Of a stretch of 64,000 bases of DNA, positions 58,101 through 64,000 are shown piece after piece (position 1 is the stretch's first letter; every line of letters starts with the position of its first letter). Location: NCBI RefSeq assembly GCF_018350175.1, contig NC_058368.1, positions 114,392,001 through 114,456,000 of the forward strand, in the 5' to 3' direction. Origin of the DNA: Felis catus (taxonomy: Eukaryota). Both the position numbers and the translations under genes were made by a program. The notes beneath the pieces were generated by a model, which did not search any database, had not been told where the DNA came from, and worked only from the letters and a program-made list of their open reading frames with translations.

Positions 58101-60656
58101 TTGCAGCCATGCAGGAAATGTGCTGCCCGATCATACTCTTTAACATCAAAGTAGGCTTTGGCCAGGGTATAAGCGTCCATATCCTGGGCATCCTCCTGGA
58201 AGAGAGACAAGTTTTTATAAGTGGTTGGGAACAAGACAACAAAAATTCAAATTCAAGAAGCATATTCATTAATTTCAAGATGTAAGAAAAAGTATTTTCT
58301 TCCTCCCCAAAACCTAGCATATACGTGTGTGTAGATATGTATACATATTTACATATACATAGAAATGTAAATTACTTTTGTATATTTGTCTTATTACACA
58401 CTAAGGTCATTGAACTTTTTTTCAAAATAAAAAGTTGGGAAAAACTAAAAATTTTAAAAACTGAACCAAGACACTCAGAAAGTTGTACTAGTTCTTTAAA
58501 TGAGGTGCGAAGTTGCATAGGCTTTAGTGTTAGGAAACTGGATTCAAATTCTGATTCCTTGATTTCCTGGTTTCATGACATTAGTAGGGAAGTTACTTAG
58601 TTTCTCTGAGAACTCATTTTTTCATGGGTAAAATGAAGCAAATAATACACATTTGATGAGGAAAAAGTGGAAAAGTCATGGAAAATGTCTAGCATTAATA
58701 TCTGACATTTGCTTCCTTTTCCAGGCTTTCAAAAATGTACAGAAATGCAACATACTGTGCAATTACTTTTATTTTTTATACTTCAAAAAAATTTTGACAT
58801 GTTAGTATTGCAAAAAGTATAGAACACAGTCATAATTCTGTATATAAATGAAATGATGCACATTTAAGTGAATAAAGCATACAATCTCCCAAATTCTAGG
58901 GGTAAGTCGATTAAATCTTCATTTGCTACATTTTCCTCATCCTTCTTGGCCCAAATATTACTTGAACAAAACTGGAACCAAAACATGTTCAGTGTTTTCT
59001 TCATTGAATTAATAAATCCTAAATGTATCCATTCAACTTAGGAGTCTAGTGGCCTTTTTCACATGTCTTCATCAATTCCTTATTTCTTCACCCACCTCCT
59101 CTCACATGCATTATACCTTCTGACATCAGAAACCTTCACTATTTTTAAGAGTGTGTGTGTGGGAATGCAAGCTGGTGCAGCCACTCTGGAAAACAATATG
59201 GAGGTTCCTCAAAAAACTAAAATAGAACTACCCTACGACTCAGCAATTGCACTACTAGGCATTTATCCACGGGATACAGGTGTGCTGTTTCAAATGGACA
59301 CGTGCACCCCCTGTGTTTATAGCAGCACTATCAACAATAGCCAAAGTATGGAAAGCGCCCAAATGTCTATCGATGGATGAATGGATAAAGAAGATGTGGT
59401 ATATATGTACAGTGGAGTATTACTCGGCAATCAAAAAGAATGAAATCGTGCCATTTGCCACTAGGTGGATGGAATTGGAGGGCATTATGCTAAGTGAAAT
59501 TAGAAAAAGACAAAAATCATATGACTTCACTCATATGAGGACTTTAAGAGATAAAAAAGATGAACATAAGGGAAGGGAAACAAAAATAATATAAAAACAG
59601 GGAGGGGGACAAAACAGAAGAGACTCATAAATATGGAGAACAAACTGTGGGTTACTGGAGGGGTTGTGGGAGGGGGGATGGGCTAAATGGGTAAAGGGCA
59701 CTAAGGAATCTACTCTTGAAATCATTGTTGCACTGTATGCTAATTTGGATGTAAATTTTAAAAAATAAAAAATTAAATTAAAAAAAAGTGTGTGGAGGGG
59801 AGGGGAATCAAGAAATGGCATCTTCAGGAGAAACAAAATGGATTGTGACAATTATTCAAACCACACAGACTATGTAAAAATACCTTCTGTAGATCAAACA
59901 TAAAATATATTCCTATCTTATATAATTCTAGCAATATCCACTTAAGGTAGATACTATTATTATCCGCATTTCACAGATGAAAGTTGCCTAAAGTCCCTAG
60001 TGTAGCTGAGATTTGAACCCAGAGCTATCTGAATCCAAAACCAGTTTTACATTGTTGTTAAAACCTTTGATTCTTCTCATCGTTAAGAACATTGTCTAGG
60101 CTAGGCTATCAAACTTAAAAGGCTGAAATCTTAAGCAAGGATTGTTTACTAATTCTCTCCAGCTTAAATAAAGCACCACCAAATCTTTACAAAGATCAAC
60201 AAAACCACACAGATAAAAATCGCTGAAAACATCCAGCTCTTTAAAAGCTTTAATTCTCTCTACAAACATTCCTGCTAAGCAGGACGGGATACACCATAAA
60301 CCTTCGGGTTGGTGGGGAGCGCTCACAGTGATGGAAGTGCTTACCTCTGTAATAGGCGGCGGCGGCTGCAGCTCGGCCAGAGGCAAGGCAGGGAGCGAGA
60401 AGGCCAACTCCGCGGACCTGGAACACCCAAACTGAATTAATTCCAACAAGCCCCAAAGGCCAAGGATCCAAACCCAGTCTCTTCCGACCCTGACGTCTCA
60501 CCATTTACTACTGTGCAGTAGACCCCGCTCCCGGGTAAGGCCCGCGATGAGTAGTAGCTGCTTCTTTATTTCTCGCAAATTTGAGAAATCGCTGCTCGAT
60601 GACAGGACCGGCATCATCGGAGCAGCCATAGGGACTACAGAGGGACTCGCAGCCAT
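43105..60656 (-). CDS. CDC23: Cell division cycle 23 / APC8, TPR subunit of the anaphase-promoting complex, 595 aa
   Basis: Coding exons: 60656-60502, 60417-60345, 58195-58058, 55906-55864, 55331-55226, 55127-54995, 53440-53263, 53174-53077, 52944-52863, 45838-45685, 45569-45450, 45109-45034, 44727-44666, 43967-43889, 43811-43692, 43275-43105. Sum is 1788 nt = 595 aa + TAG. Translation [10 protein letters not shown]...[25 protein letters not shown]...TPR repeats ([25 protein letters not shown])...[13 protein letters not shown]. Confidence 0.98.
43440..43632 (-). mobile_element. Can-SINE in the last CDC23 intron
   Basis: SINE consensus on the minus strand. Confidence 0.88.
46340..47275 (+). 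mobile_element. Old L1 3' fragments (L1M-like) in CDC23 intron 9
   Basis: aatggagtactgctca...ctaagtgaaagaagcc...aaggcaaa...tacacaactgtataaatt...taaattataccttaataa, and a second L1 end at ~47060-47270. A SINE interrupts them at ~46850-47030. Confidence 0.6.
48265..48965 (+). mobile_element. 5'-truncated LINE-1 (ORF2 C-terminus, 3'UTR, A-rich tail)
   Basis: ORF track shows L1 ORF2 C-terminal peptides ([44 protein letters not shown]). Confidence 0.92.
49175..52775. mobile_element. Can-SINE cluster in CDC23 intron 9 (~49175-49392 -, 49980-50189 +, 50335-50558 +, 50575-50793 -, 50808-51001 -, 51590-51792 -, 52105-52345 -, 52580-52775 -)
   Basis: SINE consensus matches. Several have TSDs, e.g. 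tatttgttctacttctt and tctttgacactttta. Confidence 0.88.
51311..51540 (+). mobile_element. MER20-like hAT-Charlie DNA transposon fossil
   Basis: tggttctcaacc...ttggcaatatctg...catttttggttgtcac...gccatctagtgggtagaggc...aattatcagcccaaaatgtcaa matches the MER20 consensus as I recall it. Confidence 0.8.
55977..57865. mobile_element. Can-SINE cluster in CDC23 intron 3 (~55977-56250 +, 56620-56816 -, 56912-57000 + partial, 57017-57200 +, 57213-57423 -, 57520-57633 -, 57657-57865 +)
   Basis: SINE consensus matches in both orientations. Confidence 0.88.
59155..59790 (+). mobile_element. 5'-truncated LINE-1 in CDC23 intron 2
   Basis: ORF2 remnants ([37 protein letters not shown]), the same 3'UTR as the other copies, and a possible TSD aa(g/a)agtgtgtg. 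Confidence 0.92.
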
Positions 60657-60940
60657 TTTCCTGACTCGCCACTCCAACCAATCACCAGCGATAATACTAG
60701 CGGTCCGTCTGCGCCAAAAAAGTCTGCCAGTTATTGGTGGCCTTCTGCTCCAGAAAATCCAATCAGAAATGTTACTTCTCTCAACGTCACCAAAAGGCCG
60801 GGAAAGAAGACACAATCACATCCCCGATTGGTCAAGAGCTACTAGGGCGGGAAATTTACAACTAGAAGGGATAGAGGAGGAAAAAAAAAAAAAGAAGCGG
60901 GGCAAAGAGCTAGTGACTGGAATAGGTGGATTGGGAAGCT
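60270..60940 (-). promoter_or_regulatory. CDC23 CpG-rich promoter
   Basis: CpG enrichment over exons 1-2. CCAAT/ATTGG at 60678, 60733, 60759, 60827 and ~60930; CRE half-site ACGTCA 60784-60789; E2F-type TTTCCCGCCC on the minus strand at 60845-60854; YY1-like AAAATGGC spanning the ATG. Confidence 0.8.
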
Positions 60941-61566
60941 GGGGCTGGGAGTACGAGCAAGAAAGGGCGCAGAAGGGAAAGTGCCCTGAATCTTAGGGGT
61001 AATGTGGTTGGAAGGGAGAGTGTAGTTTGTCAGCAGATTCTGTGCCGCTGGACAACGAAATGGTGTATGTGTCTAGCAAGGATGCCTGCTATCCTCTGGA
61101 TTTTTTTCTTACTTAGGAAGATGTATGGCCACAGGTGGAGATTCCTTCCTTCCTCATTTTCCACCCCATAGCGGGGGGCAGGGGGAGGATAGTTAACATT
61201 TATTGGGGATTTATCCTGTAACAGGTTATGTACTTTTACAGATATAATCTGGTTTGACCTTTAAAACAGCTCTGTGATATTCGTATCAATCATCCCAATT
61301 TTACAGGTAAAATGAAACCTCAGGGAGTTTCTATCACTCTTCCAAGGAAGGAGTCTAGATTATGAGCCAAATCTAACCCCAACGTTCTTAAACATTACAT
61401 GAACATTTTCAACGTTTTTTGTTTTTAACCCTTTCGTATTAATAAATACTTTTACCAGCTTGAGAATTTTTCGAATCGTTTGTCATTCCTTGGCTGTTAT
61501 ATAGAACTACTTTTAGGTAAAGCATGTTGTTTTAGATTAATACATATTTTTAAAATTGTATTATAG

Positions 61567-62994
61567 AGGCGCCTCAATGGCTCAGTTGGTTAAGCGCCAG
61601 AGTTGGGCTTGGGGTGGTGATCTCCCTGCTCCTGGGTTAGAGCCCCATGTTTGGCTCTCTGCTGTTAGTGCGGAGCCTGCTTGGGATCCTCTGTTTCTCT
61701 CCTTCTGCCCTTCCCCTGCTCATGTTTTCTATCTCTTTCTCTCTCTCTCAAGAATAAAAACATTAAAAAAAATTTAAATTGTATTATAGAGTCAACTTTA
61801 TTGCACCATGATATACAATATATTGGCAGAATTCTACTTTTTTCTTGTTACACAAATGATGCACCCTTTATACTTGTTTTAAATTTATAATAAGAAAAAG
61901 AATTTAATATAAATTCTTTTATATCAATATAAAATATGTATAGAATATAAATAAAATAAAATAAATATAAACATATAAATTATATAAATAACAAATAATA
62001 AATAAATAAATATAAATAAGAATATAAAAAGAATTTATAATAAGAAAAAAAGCATGATTTGTTAGCAAATACAAAAATTAGATTATATCATACCTGTGTT
62101 ATATATATTGAATATAAATTGAATATATACTGACTTATAGGATGAAATGTAATTGTTTATGGATTTATAGGTAGTCAAATAATACTTTTATGACTTGTTT
62201 AGAATTCTTAACTTTTCCCCTTAAAATATCACATTTTTTACAATTGTATTTGATTTTATAATTTTTATGTCTTGTTTTTAATTTTTTTAATTCTTAAATA
62301 TTATTTTAAATTTTTTAATGTTTATTCATTTTTTTGAAAGAGACACACACACAGAGCATGAGTGGGGGAGGGAGAGAAGGAGGGAGACACAGAATCTGAA
62401 GCAGGCTCCAGGCTCTGAGTTGTCAACACATGAGATCATGACTCAAGCCGAAGTCAGACACTTAACCGACTGAGCCACCCAAGTGCCCCCATTTTTTGTT
62501 TTCATTTTCAAGAGAGAGAGAGAGAGAGAGAGAGAATCTCAAGCAAGTTCCACACTCAGCACAGATTCCGATGCGGGGCTCAATCCCAAGACCCTGGAAT
62601 AATGACCTGAGCTGAAAACAAGACTCAGATGCTGAACCAAGTGAGCCAACCAGATTTCCCTATGTCTTGCTTTTAAATAATAAGAAAACAGAAGTTTGGG
62701 GGGGGGGCACCTGAGTGGTTCAGTTGGTTGAGTGTCAGCCTCTTGATATCAGCTCGGATGATGATCTTTTAGACACAGGATGGAGCCCTGCATCAGGTTT
62801 CATCAGGTTTCTCACTGGGTTTCTCCCTGCCCCCTGCCTCAAAAATGAATAAACATTAAAAAAAAAAAAAGAAAAGAAAAAAGATTTCAAGATGCCTTTG
62901 GCAAGCACTTCTCCACAAACAACACATTTTGGGTGTAACCAGTCTCTTGTCCCAATGAAAAGCTAAATTGGATAGAATTGTCATGCATTTTTTT

Positions 62995-63040
<46 letters not shown>

Positions 63041-63640
63041 ATGAAGGAGAGGAGGGACAGAGGGAGGGAGAAGGAGGGAAAGGGAGAAGGAAAGAGAGAG
63101 AAAGAGAGAGAATCCCAAGTAGGCTCCATGCTCAGCATGGAGCCCAACTCGGAGCTCCATCCCAAGACTCTGGGATCATGACTCATGACCTGGCCAAAAT
63201 CAAGAGTCAGATGCTCAACCAACTGAGCCACCCAGTCACCCCAATTTTTTTTTACAGTATTTAAAACCAGAGTCATTCTAGTTGTATAATTACTTTGTAT
63301 TGTTTCTTAATGTAATATTATATAATATTTATTCCTCTACCATCCCTCCTCCCCAATCCTTCCTATGACATAGACTTTGTAGCTTTCTATTTTATAATGC
63401 ATTTTTTCTATTACAAAAACAATGTATGGTTGGTGCGCCTGGGTGGCTCAGTCAGTTAAGCATCTGACTTTGGCTCAGATCATGATCTCACGATTTGTGG
63501 GTTAGAGCCCCATGTTGGGCTCTGTGCTGACAGCTCAGAGCCTGGAGCCTGCTTCAGATTCTGTGTCTCCCTCACTCTCTGCCTCTCCCCTGCTTACACT
63601 CTTTCTCTCTCTCAAAAATAAATAAACATTTAAAAAAATA
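61567..63640. mobile_element. Can-SINE cluster upstream of CDC23 (~61567-61775 +, 62305-62490 -, 62490-62660 -, 62700-62880 +, 62990-63242 -, 63430-63640 +)
   Basis: SINE consensus matches. AT-rich low-complexity DNA lies at ~61880-62130. Confidence 0.85.
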
Positions 63641-63714
63641 ATAACATATCTTCAATGTAGAAAACTTGAAGGATACAATAATCATGAAGAATAATAAATA
63701 TACTACTACATACC

Positions 63715-64000
63715 TATATTAGAATGACCAAAATCCAGAACACTGACAACACCAAATGCTGGCAAGGATGTGGAACAATAAGAATTCTCATTCATTGCTG
63801 CTAGGCATGTGAAATGTAAAAATACTGTGGAAGACAGTATGGCAGTTTCTTACAAAACTTTACATTTAATATACAATCCAGAGCAATCATGCAACCAAGG
63901 GAGTGGAAAAACCTATATTACACAAAAACTTGTTTATAGCAGTTTTATTCAAAATTTCCACAACTTGACAACAATCAAGATGTCCTTTGGTAGGTGAATG
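63715..64000 (+). mobile_element. Old L1 ORF2 3' fragment (runs off the right edge)
   Basis: ccaaatgctggcaaggatgtggaacaa...ctcattcattgctg...tggaagacagtatggcagtttctt is typical of the L1 ORF2 end. Confidence 0.7.

Noticed and set aside
60657..60815. N-terminal extension of CDC23 implied by ORF 60498..60815
   Set aside because: It starts at a non-ATG codon among promoter CCAAT boxes. The ATG at 60656 has strong context and matches the known N-terminus.

Overview
This is mammalian genomic DNA, almost certainly a carnivore and probably a felid, given the dense tRNA-derived Can-SINEs (GGGGCGCCTGGGTGGCTCAGTCGGTTAAG head, (CT)n, poly-A) and carnivore-type L1 3' ends. It is the known syntenic BRD8(-) / KIF20A(+) / CDC23(-) cluster. 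I rebuilt exon chains by hand from GT-AG sites and translations. They give a complete BRD8 short isoform (2856 nt, 951 aa), five more exons of a second-bromodomain module that runs off the left edge, complete KIF20A (2673 nt, 890 aa) and complete CDC23/APC8 (1788 nt, 595 aa). BRD8 and KIF20A share a compact head-to-head CpG promoter, and KIF20A and CDC23 are tail-to-tail. I do not see a wholly new biological system. The best leads are: (1) a ~2 kb almost pure purine/pyrimidine tract grown inside one SINE next to a BRD8 exon; (2) signs that the duplicated second-bromodomain half of BRD8 could be its own transcription unit; (3) a candidate poison exon in BRD8; (4) L1 insertions right against splice sites. 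Repeat boundaries are approximate (about +/-20 bp). Comparisons with human or mouse proteins are from memory, not from a search.
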